Source: Schmidtea nova
Lineage: Eukaryota
Assembly (NCBI GenBank): GCA_044892505.1
Contig: CM097882.1
Span: forward strand, 324,198,001 to 324,262,000
DNA length: 64,000 bases
Direction of reading: 5' to 3'
The first letter of the stretch is position 1. Every line of letters begins with the position of its first letter. The position numbers and the translations under genes were made by a program. The notes under the pieces are model-generated. The model saw only the letters and a program-made list of their open reading frames with translations. It was not told the DNA's origin and made no database searches. Of the stretch, positions 47,501-59,959 are shown piece after piece.

Positions 47501-50500
47501 TTTCTCCCATCTTAGCCATCTTCTACATGAACTTTATAGAATCTAAGATCATATCTTTTTTTGGGGACAAAATACTTTTCTGGAAACGATACATCGATGA
47601 CATCTTCATAGTCTCCACAATCCCTCTCAATCAAATCCTATCACACGCAAATTCTACTAACACCAACATACAATTCACTTTTGCAACACCAAACACAGAA
47701 GGTAAAATACCGTTTTTAGATACCATAGTAAGTTTCACAAAAGGCCAAGATACACTAAATGCAAACACCGAGCTATATTCTAAAAGTTTACATAGCGGTC
47801 ATATCCTCCCATGGAAAAGCCACGTTCCACTTCAACGCAAAATCGCATTACTAATAGGAGAAAGAAAAAGAGCCATAAGAAACTGTTCAGACGCAAACAA
47901 AATACAAGAAACATTAGAAAACTTCAAAATACGATTCCTCCAAAATGGATACCCTGAAGAATTTGTAAAGAAACACTTCCTTAACGAACCATACCACAAT
48001 AAACGCAACAATAGAAAACGCCAGAAACACAATAACAATAACAAACACACAACATATCTAAGATTACCTTTCCTAAATGACACTACAGCCAACAAAATCA
48101 CCAACATTTTTAATCAAACAGATTTGCCTATCCACATCCGTCCAACGTTCATAACCTCCGCACCGTTAAAATCACAACTCCGAAAGCCACCAATTTCCAA
48201 CATCTCCAAACATAAATGTCTTTGCTGTTCCACAAGCCGATGCTTTTGCTTTTCCAAAAATATAGTATATAAACTTGCCAAAAATGTGACGCTACTTACA
48301 TAGGAGAAACACAGAACTTTTCGCACCCGACTTAATGAACACACTAAAATCAAAACCAGTAATTATTACGAACACTGGGAGAAAGTACATAAAACAACTC
48401 CATCTATAGAAGAAACAAAATGCCAGATTCTACAAGATGGATTCAAAAATTCATTACAAAGATTAGCTTCCGAGACTTTTTTCATAAAAAAATACAAACC
48501 GTCCATCAACATTCAATTCGCACAAAAAAATTAAAATAAATTTTTTCATCCAATAAAATCATTATAAAATATTAAAAAAATAATTAAGGCTACTATTTAG
48601 GATTAAGTAAATATAACGATAGAAATACACACTTGATAAAAGCTGTGCCGAAATATTGTGTTATTGTTTATAAAAAAAAATTTTGATCTATAGTNNNNNN
48701 NNNNNNNNNNNNNNNNNNNNNNNNNNNNNNNNNNNNNNNNNNNNNNNNNNNNNNNNNNNNNNNNNNNNNNNNNNNNNNNNNNNNNNNNNNNNNNNNNNNN
48801 NNNNNNNNNNNNNNNNNNNNNNNNNNNNNNNNNNNNNNNNNNNNNNNNNNNNNNNNNNNNNNNNNNNNNNNNNCTAACAAAATAAGCCTTTGCTGCAAAA
48901 ATAATTTTATTAAGTGGGAAAGTTATTTTTGCAGCAAAGGCTTATTTCGTTACTTATTTATTAATTTATCTAATACTTAATGTTGCTATCAGGGAATCAC
49001 TATTTTTATTATTATTTTTATTATTGTTTTTGCTGGGGAAAAATGAAAATTGATGAGAAAAACGGGTATTAGTTAGTTTCGTGTGGAAAAAATCGAAAAA
49101 TTNNNNNNNNNNNNNNNNNNNNNNNNNNNNNNNNNNNNNNNNNNNNNNNNNNNNNNNNNNNNNNNNNNNNNNNNNNNNNNNNNNNNNNNNNNNNNNNNNN
49201 NNNNNNNNNNNNNNNNNNNNNNNNNNNNNNNNNNNNNNNNNNNNNNNNNNNNNNNNNNNNNNNNNNNNNNNNNNNNNNNNNNNNNNNNNNNNNNNNNNNN
49301 NNNNNNNNNNNNAAAAAAATCCAAAATTAATCAAATTTAATCAAAGACACTGATAAAATACTATTCATGCAGAAGAATAAGAATAATAAATAATAATTAA
49401 NNNNNNNNNNNNNNNNNNNNNNNNNNNNNNNNNNNNNNNNNNNNNNNNNNNNNNNNNNNNNNNNNNNNNNNNNNNNNNNNNNNNNNNNNNNNNNNNNNNN
49501 NNNNNNNNNNNNNNNNNNNNNNNNNNNNNNNNNNNNNNNNNNNNNNNNNNNNNNNNNNNNNNNNNNNNNNNNNNNNNAGTTTGCCTGAGCAAACTTTGGC
49601 TATTTTTTGTCGTCTTATTTCATATTTTTGTAGTGTCGCGTCTGTGTGCGCATTTTTACCGCCTGGGTTTCATAATTTTCTTAATCGCGTCTGTATGCGC
49701 GTTATGTTCAATTTTCAGCGTCTGTGTGCGCTGCTATTTTCTTAATCGCGTCTGTATGCGCGTTATGTTCAATTTTCAGCGTCTGTGTGCGCTGCTTCTT
49801 TTCTCTATCGCGACCGTGTGCGCGTTCTGTTGGATTTTATTGGGAGAAATAGATTTAATATTTTAGAATCGAGTTTTTTAGGTTTTGTTTTATTATTCCA
49901 ATGAATTTTTTGTAATGGTTTCGATTATGGAATTTAGAGGAAGCTTTGATTTTGATTTGAATTTAGTTTCGATTATGTTGGAATCAATTTGGAATTTTTG
50001 TAATTATGGTTTCGAAAAATGGAATTCTCCTCGTGTAATGTTCAGAATTGATGCTCAATGCTTAATGTCAGAAGATTTACCATGCTTCGTAGCACAAAGC
50101 AGTTCTCATACTACTGTACGAAGAGATAATTTGCTAGATGATACCATTAGCCAGTCGCAGCGTTATGGTCTCTTTGATTGTGGTCTCTTTGAAATGTATC
50201 CTGAATCAAGACTCTGCTGGTTTAACAAAATGATATTTGATGACGATTTAACCCAGTTTACTGTGATCGGTAGATTGTTTGGTCTGGCAATTTACAATAA
50301 CTTTATGATTGATCCTCAATCTCCTCTTGTAATGTTCAAAACATTGGCCAATAAAATCATTGAAAGGGCGTTACNNNNNNNNNNNNNNNNNNNNNNNNNN
50401 NNNNNNNNNNNNNNNNNNNNNNNNNNNNNNNNNNNNNNNNNNNNNNNNNNNNNNNNNNNNNNNNNNNNNNNNNNNNNNNNNNNNNNNNNNNNNNNNNNNN

Positions 50501-53500
50501 NNNNNNNNNNNNNNNNNNNNNNNNNNNNNNNNNNNNNNNNNNNNNNNNNNNNNNNNNNNNNNNNNNNNNNNNNNNNNNNNNNNNNNNNNNNNNNNNNNNA
50601 AAATTATGAAAATTATTGATATAAATAAAGAGATCAAAGGTGAAACCAAAAGATAATTATGATTATTAAAATCCTAAATATTCTTCACATTTGATGATTA
50701 TTCGATTTCATTTATTTTCATTTTTACTAATAATAAATAAAAACCTTTGTTCCACCTTTTGAACATAAATTTTCGACAATTTCATTTTCAAATGTTATTT
50801 TAACAATAGGAAAAAATAATTTTACATATTTGTATTTATCTTCTTGCTTATTTTATTATTATTACAAGCTTTGGCCTTTGATTTTTAGTTAGATATTTTA
50901 ATGTAATAGTACATTATCACTTTATTTTGATTCCGTTTATAAATTGCAACGCTTTTAATTCTTACATCATTATTGTTTTATTAGTTTTGTGTGATCCATA
51001 TTGTTTTAAACAGACATTTTATTTTTGATCTAGGCCGTGCATATAATTATAATTATTTGTAATAACGATATTGACACGAATATAAGGCAAGGTTTTCACC
51101 ACAATAATTCATTAAAAAATGAAGATTCTCTTATAAGCAAACACTTTACGCTCTCATGATGACCCCATAAGTCTGCATATTGTTAGACTTTGTTGTTTAA
51201 TTGCCTCATTTAATCATTTAAAGAATAAAATACTGGTGATACTGACTTAGTTGAAGGAAGATATATCCAATAATGATACCAAAGGCTGATGGATAAAATC
51301 TTACTAATAAAACATTTGGCGGATAAAGGACTAAATTTAATTTTCAAGTCATGCTTTTGTATCATTTTGATCACTTGTAGTCTTTATTAAAAATTTTAAA
51401 CTATTTTTATAGTGTTTTCTTTTTTGAAAAATAACAAGCCGTATTATAATCGGGGCCTTGAAAAATACTGTTTTTCAATAAAATTTTGGGATCATCTTAC
51501 ATTCGGACGAATACGGTTATTTGTAGGATTACATTTAATTTGAAAATCCCTATAGATATGATAAATGACAAGAGAAGTTTTCCAATAGGGTCATTCCATG
51601 TCAACTCAACCAGTGGTGTTCACCACACCATCTCAGATCTACATGAAATTTTCAGGGCTTGTAGTATATACAAAGTTGAGTAATTCCTGGAAATTTCAGG
51701 CCATTTGGTAAAAAACTTTCCGAGATGATTTTTTAAAGTTTTAAAGGTAGTCGCTAGTTCGCGCGACATTTACATTTTCGCGATATTTGAACGTGAATAT
51801 TTCAAAAACTAAAAGAGGTATCAGGCTGAGATTTTCAGTATTTATTCATTTTTTCATGCTGAGTTGAATGGTGTTTTTATCTTAAATGTAGCTTGCATAC
51901 AGAAGGCCCTAAAATGTCCAAACATTGCACTTTAGACAGTTTTCACCAATATTTGACCCGGAATAGCCAAGAACCTAAAAGACATGGAATGATGTTTGTT
52001 ATACCCATTAGTAAGTACCATATATGTGTTTATTATTTTGACAGAGAATTCATGTTAATCAATAATAGTGTACTCATTGTGGGCCCCCGTATGCATCACT
52101 GTCGTCCATTTTTGCGCGCATTGCGCCCCCCCCCCAGATGACCATGTTGACAGTAATTCACACTTTTCATATTTTGCACACTTGTTAACCTTGGCAAGTA
52201 ATAGCTATGGTGAAAATTTCATGTTGGTGTCTTGACTCCTTCTTGCTGAAAAATCTGCATGAAATTGCATGATTTCTACACTGTCGTGGACCACAGCAAT
52301 TTTGAATTTGCAATTTTTAGTTCAAACATGTTTTTTCAAATATGTTTTTTGAAGTGTATTACAGATTCAATTTTCACTGAATATGGCTGAACTGCCAGTG
52401 TGCACATTTGGACTGTTGCTCCAAGATGAATGCCACAAGACAGTGCATACACGCAGTATCGGCTTGCATAACCTGTCAGAATTATCAGATGCTAACTTTG
52501 AATTGTTGATGTTAAGAACCCAGCCTGTTGATCATTTACAAAGAGAGAACTGCAATATATGCTTCCACCATGAACAGGTTCTCCTTGAAAAATTTGATAA
52601 ATTGCAGCGGTATTGTTGTGATCCATTCAATAAACATCCATGCAAGGTCACAAAGTCACGGAGGGCAGTCAGTATTAACAAAGCTAAGGAGCTGACACTA
52701 ACAACTGACAGACACATCAAACCTGGTGAGAAGCTATTCCCAAGCTGTCGAAAGCACGATACATCCCAGGTACCTGAACAGAGTTATGAACATTCAGCCA
52801 GTGATGCCGATATAGAATACGTTGACTTGCATCTTTCTCAACTAAATGATAGTATGACAAGCATTGGCTGCACACCAGTTAAGCTTCATGCAATGCCTGT
52901 TCGAAGTAGAATTTCATATGCCAAGCGTAAAATTGCAACTGCAACAACGGAGATCCAGAAGAAAGTAAGCAAAGTCATCCAAGTACCTCTTAACCTAGTT
53001 GTGAATGAAGGTGATGCTACAGAATGTGATGGTTGCAATGACCTAATGAAACTGGTGGCTGAATTAAAGATTAAGTGCAGTACAGCTTCCAGGCAAGAAA
53101 AATTAAGATGGTAACGCTAGCACCATCTAGCTGGAGCCAACAAAGAGCTTCACAGGAATTTGGAGTAAGCAGGCACGTCGTCAAGCAAGCGCGAAAACTG
53201 AAGAAGTCATGTGGAATTTTGGCAGACCCACAGAAAAAACATGGCAAAGTTCTCCCAGATGATGTGATTGAAAGTGTTCGTAGTTTTTTTGAAGATGATG
53301 AGATTTCCCGCGTGTGTCCAGGTCAAAAGGAATTCTTGTCAGTCAGAATTGATGGTCAACGTGTTCATAAGCAAAAACGTCTTCTACTTCTGAATCTCAA
53401 AGAGATGCATGTAGAATTCAAAAAGCGAACTGAAATGAAAATTGGGCTTAGCGAGTTTTATTCATTGCGACCACCATGGTGCGTTACTGTTGACTCGAGT

Positions 53501-56500
53501 TGTGCCCATGCAGTCTGTGTCTGAGATTCACAAGAATTTGAAACTTGCAGCTGCAGCACTGCCTGTTAGAACTGATTATAAGGACTTGCTTTTGAAGGTT
53601 GTTTGTTCAACTGAGAATCGAGAATGCATGTTGCATCATTGCTCTAATTGTCCTGGTATTGATGCACTGAAATCATTTCTTGAACAGCTGTTTGATAGTG
53701 CTGATATGGATTTAGATTACATGATCAATTACAAACGATGGACCAATGCTGGTCAGTCAAAGCTGCAATCTGTAACTGAGACTGTTGCTGACTTCATTAC
53801 TTCACTTTGTACTGCTGCTAATAAAACAGCAGATCATCATTTCACGGCCAAGGCACAGTCATCCTACTTACGTAATCTGAAGGAGTCTTTATCAGTTGGA
53901 ACAGCAGTTGTGTTGCTGGATTTCGCAGAAAACTATTCATTCATCTGTCAAGATGCAGTGCAAGGCTTCCACTGGGAAACATCACAGGCCACATTGCATC
54001 CATTTGTTGTGTATTATCGTGATCTACCCAGCAATGACCTATGCAGCTTGTCCCTTTGCATTATTAGTGATGACCGTGAACATGTAACAGTTACGGTCCG
54101 TGCCTTCATTGAAATAGTGCTGAAATTTCTCAAGAGCAAAATGCCTGATTTGCAGAAAATAGTTTACTTCAGTGATGGAGCAGCAGCACAATATAAAAAC
54201 TGCAAAAACTTCAAGAATCTGTGCCTGCATAAAACAGATTTTGGCATTGAAGCAGAGTGGAATTTTTTTGCTACCAGTCATGGAAAAAGTCCTTGTGATG
54301 GTATTGGTGGCACAGTAAAGAGGCTAGTGGCAAGAGCAAGTTTGCAGGCAACTCTGCAACATCAAATACTAACACCACATCAGATGTGCGATTGGGCAAC
54401 CAAAAACATTCCAGGAATTCATTTCCTATTTGCAGCAAAGGATGACGTTGAGGTGCATCGTAGCTGTTTGGTTGAACGATTTGCTTCAATTCAAACTGTT
54501 CCTGGTACACGGTCACACCACCGGTTTGTGACAGTAAGTGGAAACAAACTCAAGATATTCAGGTTGTCATGTGATGACAGTGGTACGGCCGTCAATGTGT
54601 CACCATGACCTGGCCTGGTAGTTGAACCGGCACCAAGCATAACAGATCTGCATCCAGGACAGTTTGTGGCTGTTGTTTATGACACTGATTGGTTTATTGG
54701 GTGCATAACAGAACGCTCTGATGAACATCAAGATATCTTGTTCAAGTTCATGAACAGAACACCTACAAACAGATTAACTTGGCCATGTCGTGACGATATC
54801 TGCTGGATACCATTCACTAATGTTCTATACAATCTTCCATCACCAATGTTGTCTGGCAGCTCAGCAAGACAGTATTGCTATGATGATGTGCATTTTGCCA
54901 ATTGCAAGAAACTGTTTGATAGTAGGACTGTGTGTACATATATAAGATACCATCAGTTAACAGCATTGGCTGCATAATGAGCATACGCTGATATCACATT
55001 ACATGGTTGCTTGTATGGTTGATAAAAACAAACAGTCTGTAATTTGATTTTGTAACTTAAAACTAACTGTATTTTTTCATAAAATTTGATTGACAATTCA
55101 TTGCTATGTACAAACGCCACAGCAAAAAAATAACGAAAAACGACTTAATAAAATATGGTTTTAATTAGCTATTGATTTAGTAGGAAAGGCTTAAGACACC
55201 AACATGAAATTGTCACCATAGCTACTGCTTGCCAAGGTTAACAAGTGTGCAAAATATGAAAAGTGTGAATTACTGTCAACATGGTCATCTGGGGGTCGTA
55301 ATGCGCGCAAAAATGGACGACCGTGATTTAATGAATCGACATTGCAAATATTTTTAGGGGTAATTATCGATTCATTAACTTTAATTTTTGCCTCTTAAAA
55401 ATTAATAAATAAATTGAATAATACTTTGCGGTATTCCAGTGATTGAAGTTGCTGTTGCGACTGTATAAAATGACTGGTTTGATCATACAACTGATCATAC
55501 ATTTCTGATTGTTGGATATAATTATCCTGATCTCCAATTTGAGGTGAAGGTTCATTCATTGCATTGTTGAGTAGAATATCCGATAACAATCGCATGGTTT
55601 GATTTAGTGTTTGATTATATGCGTTTGGGTTTAGTGAATATTTCATTTGTCTTTGATCGCGTATGTTTTTCATTGGAATTGATTGATTAAGATACCGTTG
55701 AGGTGTATAAGCAACACTAATCTGATTTCTGTTGGCCATAAAATTATTAGATAACGGTTGGGCAGCGTATGAATTCATCATTAACATGTTTTTTCCACAT
55801 TCTTCTTGTCTTTTTAATATCGAATAACCATTGTATAATGTTTCTAAGGATTTAAACATTTCTGTTGAATCACCAGTTAGGTCCAAAGCTAATGCTCTAA
55901 GTGCGCGACAATATTTGAATTTAATTCCTTTGATAAATTCAATAACAATATCTTTATCAGGTTGGATTTGAAGCGTTTTCTGCAATAAACATAAAAAAGG
56001 AGTTGGAATATTATTTACACTATTAACACAGCAGATATATCTTAGCTCGCCCGTTTTGTCAACTAAAAGTTCAGGAGTCAATGCTAAGCATTTCTCTTTC
56101 CAATACGGGTGTTCATAAATTCTTGTTCTGATTATTTTTCCAGTTATATTCTGTGTATTTTTTTTGAATAGTAGGAGTATCACCAACAGTGCGATTAGCC
56201 ATTTTTAAGATAAAAATTACGTTACCAGCCATATTATTAAAATGTAAAAACTAATTGATTTGCTAATAAATAGATTACAAATAAAAGACAAATTTTATTT
56301 TAAACTTCAAACTTTTTTTACTTTTTTCAACAACTTGTCATACTTTTTATAAATCATACTTTTAATAAAAAATACTTTTAATAATAACAATAAGAAATAG
56401 TTCATAACAAAATGTTAAATTGTTTGACGGAGACACGTAGATTGAAATAATAAATAGATTTTTCGCATTGAGATTACCTAATTTTCTTCAAGAATTTATT

Positions 56501-58431
56501 AATATGAAAATATCATTCTTGGTCTATGTTTTATGATCTCTTGTTATTAATCGCTCTTTGATTGAATGGAACTGAAAGGGGAGACCAATTTGATGGATTA
56601 GACAATTCATAATCAATAAAGTTTGATTTCGAAATTATTAGAAAACTTCAGCGATTTGTTGCCATGGTTATTATTGACAAATTTAAATGGGTGCTGAGTA
56701 TCAGTAGACGTTGTAAAAAAAATCAGTATTTTTGAAAAGTATTTTCGATACAAGAATATTAGGAACAGATGTGAGAGAAGGAATGATTAGGAATGGAGAT
56801 GATGTGACAACAGAACATTACACGTGATGCATAAGGGGGCCCACAATGAGTACACTAATATTGATTAGCATGAATTCTCTATCAAAATAATAAACATTTA
56901 TGGTACTTACTAATGGGTATAACAAACATCATTCCATGTCTTTTAGGTTCTTGGCTATTCCGGGTCAAATATTGGTGAAAACTGTCTGAAGTGCAATGTT
57001 TGGACATTTTAGGGCATTCTGTATGCAAGTTACATTTAAGATAAAAACACCATTCAACTCAGCATGAAAAAATGAATAAATACTGAAAATTTCAGCCTGA
57101 TACATCTTTTAGTTTTTGAAATATTCACGTTCAAATATGGCGAAAATGTAAATGTCGTGCGAACTAGCGACTACCCTTAAAACTTTAAAATATCATATCT
57201 CGGAAAGATTTTGACCAAATGGCCTGAATTTTCCAGGAATTACTCAACTTTGTATATACTACAAATCCTGAAAATTTCAGGAAGATCTGAGATGGTGTGG
57301 TTAACAATAATCAGAATGCTGGTTGAGTTGACATGGAATGACCCAATAATTGTTCTCCCAACAATTGGTGTAATGTGCACAAAAATGTACCTCATAAAAC
57401 TAATCTAGATCTTATTGTTTTTAAAATGAAATTCGATATAAAATTCCCTTTTAGTTTTATTATTTAGAAGGATTTAAAAATACATACTTCATTAAATTAT
57501 CATTTTTTAAATTAATATTTATTTTAACTTCAATGATTTTTGCTGTTCTTTGTTTGCGTTGTGGACTAAAACTCGTTTTACTGAGTAATAGTATAAAAAA
57601 TGTTCTAAAAATTGCAAATCTTGAGATAAATTTTGTTGGCTTCTAAATATATATATATATGGTAGACATATATGGGATATATTATTGAGATTTTCATATT
57701 AACTATTTTCGCAACGGGAGATATTCTTGTATAAATAACATCACCTGTTTATATGATAATTCACATTTTAAAGCTCTAATTTCCCAGGAAACACATTACA
57801 GCACTATTGATACAATAATGCATTGTGATGAATATCCACAATTTTCTTCTATCATGTGCGCAATATTTGAATCCAATTCTAAATTAGAAGCTTTGAGTGA
57901 TTCAAAAAATATAGATGAAAGTTGTAAAGTATATAAGTATAATAATGAGAAAACAATGAATTGGTTGAAAGTTAAAGTGGATAAATTATCTTCTTATTTT
58001 TACCAAAAAAAGATCGTTTCTGATGATTCTGGACTTGCTATACCCATTTCTTTTAAGGACTGTAAGTTTTTTTTCTTTTGTGAAATGCATAAAAACTTAT
58101 CTAAATAAAAGGCACTGAAACTGACACAGATTATTCTAAGCGCTTAACAATGGAAACCAGATCAACGGCTGTCGAAATCGTTTGTGACTATATTTCACTT
58201 GAAATTGAGAAAGCGTTCAAAGAGTTTATAAATTTTAAAGATATGTTATCAGAGATTAAATTACCCCTGTCTTCTCCTATTGCGCAAAAATCCAAGTCTT
58301 TAAAATCAATTGAAGACGCTGAAAATTATTCAACTGCAAAAATTACAAAAACACGAACTACAACAAAATCGAAAATTAGTAAAGAATCTGGATTGAAATC
58401 TATAACTAATTTTTTCACTAAGAAAAATTAA
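42916..58431 (+). CDS. RNASEH2B: Ribonuclease H2 subunit B, six exons: 42916-42946, 42990-43049, 43092-43199, 43243-43310, 57788-58061, 58112-58431
   Basis: All introns GT-AG; exons sum to 861 nt = 286 aa plus stop. FIKLPNPRTG, TWIINENV, IDPLFLAIPFL, YKYNNEKTMNWLKVKV, IVCDYI and the C-terminal PIP box SGLKSITNFF follow RNASEH2B in order. Confidence 0.92.
44531..44592. repeat. (TA)n microsatellite
   Basis: Direct reading. Confidence 0.95.
45733..45774 (-). ncRNA. Minimal type I hammerhead ribozyme, U3-A8 core variant
   Basis: Minus strand AATA-C-ACAC / TTGATAA / A / GGC-TGT-GCC / GAA / ATAT palindrome / T / GTGT-TATT: stem I 8 bp with one bulge, stem II 3 bp, palindromic stem III. Confidence 0.7.
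45864..46455 (-). CDS. GIY-YIG endonuclease region in the inverted pseudo-LTR (no authentic start)
   Basis: VYKLSCQKCDATYIGETHRTFRTRLNEH...LASETFFIKKYKP. Confidence 0.8.
47056..48303 (+). pseudogene. Penelope-like reverse transcriptase; GIY-YIG part frameshifted
   Basis: RT motifs intact; 4 bp and 2 bp deletions relative to the inverted copy truncate the endonuclease. Confidence 0.85.
48624..48665 (+). ncRNA. Second hammerhead copy with a stem II mismatch
   Basis: Same sequence as 45733-45774 but AGC-TGT-GCC instead of GGC-TGT-GCC. Confidence 0.6.
49636..49823 (+). repeat. Array of six (TC)GCGTCTGT(G/A)TGCGC motifs with AT-rich spacers
   Basis: Direct reading; the same motif forms an array at 62306-62513. 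Confidence 0.85.
50020..50374 (+). pseudogene. Internally deleted HECT E3 ligase fragment (HERC3/4-like)
   Basis: TVRRDNLLDDTI...GLFEMYPESRLCWF...FTVIGRLFGLAIYNNFMID..PLVMFKTL. The KKPLKV.F.GE..DAGG..KEFF block between the two halves is missing. Runs into a gap. Confidence 0.7.
52383..54977 (+). pseudogene. Sola2 DD[D/E] transposase with two frameshifts (~53110, ~53520) and one in-frame stop (54606-54608)
   Basis: LLDFAENYSFICQDAVQGFHW..QATLHP, FSDGAAAQYKN, EWNFFATSHGKSPCDGIGGTVKR. Confidence 0.85.
55395..56202 (-). pseudogene. PRPF38A: Chimeric ORF: PRP38 N-terminal domain (about 56202-55780) fused to a Q/N-rich segment; frameshift in an A8 run at 56158-56165
   Basis: ATG at 56202 gives MANRTVGD; then KIIRTRIYE..YWKEKC..LT.EL.VDK..EL...PTPFLCL..K.LQIQPDKDIVIEFIK..FKY.R.L...LTG, colinear with PRP38A and without introns. 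Confidence 0.85.
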
Positions 58432-58667
58432 GAAATGTAATATTAATAAAATACTTATTTTTTTGGATTTCGTGTTTTTTATTTGATAACTACAAAGATT
58501 AATGAAAGAATTATAAAATTATCAGTATTAATAAAGCTGTCTTTTCCTGTTATTCGGATTTTTGATCTCACAGAATGTTTTGGAATCCTTAGGAACCATC
58601 CATTAAGGACGTCTCATTCGGAAGAGAGGGATTGGTCAACGCAAAAGGACATATACTGGGTTACCAG

Positions 58668-59145
58668 CAGGGATGGGGAATCGATTGGAAAACGATCGAC
58701 TCATGACTCCGGAGTTGATATTTTTTTTATCGACTCCAACTCCCGACTCCTTTCAGTTTCATTAAGCCACCACATGATTCCTAAAATTGATTACTTTTTT
58801 AAATCGTTGTTTTACGTTACGCCGATAAAAGAAGCTTCAGGAAATTAAAAAATATTACTCTTATATATATATATATATATATATATATAAGATAAATATG
58901 AATGAACCTACGAATTTCGAAATCCTGCTGAACAAATTTAATCATGGGCCTGGTGTGGATTTTATTTGATTAGCATTCATATTTTTCGTAACTTTAACAT
59001 GCGTGCGTGAAATAAAGAGAACTTTAATTAATTGTTTTCCGAAGTGGAAAGGAGTCGAAGAGTCGAATAATTTCTATCGACTCCGACATTGACTCCTCGA
59101 AAAACCTTCGACTTCTCGATTCCTCGACTCCAACTCCCATCACTG
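58668..59145. mobile_element. Non-autonomous hAT-type element (MITE), 478 bp
   Basis: TIRs CAGGGATGGG / CCCATCACTG; 8 bp TSD GTTACCAG (58660-58667, 59146-59153); subterminal GACTCC/GGAGTC repeats. Confidence 0.85.
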
Positions 59146-59959
59146 GTTACCAGTGGGTTAACTTCTTAATAACCATGTTCCCAAGTATATCGCGTAATCA
59201 CCTATTGTGGTGCAACTTCGGAATTGTTACACAATACCTGCCAAAATATTGAGTGCCGCTACCAGAACTGTAGTTTTTCGGGTATTGCATGTGTCAAATG
59301 AGTGTCATAGAATAATTGCTTAAATTTCTCTTCTTATCTTATTTCATATGAAACACTACTTCTATTCTGGCGGATCAATTCTCCAAAGAAAAAATATTTA
59401 GAATCTCATTCGTGATCAGATTGATAACTACAGACTCATATGAGTAGTCAACTTTAACAATTATTCACAACACTGAATATACTCGCCGGACAAATATCAT
59501 AGATTAACTCTTAATCGTAACAAAATCATTGACATACATTCAACAGCCTGGAATGTCACTGCGTCTTGTTGTTCTAAACTTTTTCAGGTGACGATGTTTT
59601 TTCCTCAAATTTCTGGTACCGTATTCTTAATTGGAAAAGGAAAACATATGTAGTTCACTTCAGACCTCCCCCCACACTCTATTCACTCTCCATCTGTAAT
59701 CTAACATCATACATTAAGAAACATTTACTAGCAGTTCACACTTCGCATCTCTTTCTCATCTCGAGTAGTATATTTACTCTTGTATTTCCTACCTGCCTTT
59801 GAGACTCAAATTTCATAAACAAAAGAACGTCGAATCAAATAAAACGTAAATTAATATATATTCATTACACAGCAAAATAATTTAGAAAAAACTTGGTATA
59901 TGAACATTAAACATTTATTGTTTTCTATAACATTCAAAATTTTCTCACGAGACTAATTC

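Larger units (their letters stand above)
45704..48694 (+). mobile_element. 5'-truncated Penelope-like retroelement with an inverted pseudo-LTR
   Basis: The plus-strand body from 46456 starts at ENILALGPSFVP. RT motifs SLDVSNLYGSIP, GLAMGNNLSP, WKRYIDD. 45704-46455 is the reverse complement of 47946-48694. Confidence 0.9.
45416..50600. other. Region with five assembly gaps (about 45416-45658, 48695-48873, 49103-49312, 49401-49577, 50375-50600)
   Basis: Runs of N. Confidence 0.95.
51588..57344 (+). mobile_element. Sola2-type DNA transposon, 5757 bp
   Basis: Termini GGGTCATTCCATGTCAACTCAACC...GGTTGAGTTGACATGGAATGACCC; 4 bp TSD AATA (51584-51587, 57345-57348); ~645 bp TIRs (left 51588-52233; right split into 55193-55327 and 56823-57344). 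GRG ends, 4 bp TSD and long TIRs match Sola2 as I recall it. Confidence 0.85.
43311..57787 (+). other. 14,477 bp phase-0 intron 4 of RNASEH2B
   Basis: Donor CAC|GTTAGT at 43311 and acceptor TTCCCAG|GAA at 57787 join LQKH to ETHYSTID in frame. Confidence 0.85.

Noticed and set aside
45373-50656. ORFs made of X runs
   Set aside because: Artefacts of N gaps
51486-57408. Host exon interrupted by the Sola2 insertion
   Set aside because: Joining the flanks gives open frames on both strands but no recognisable protein; the site is intronic
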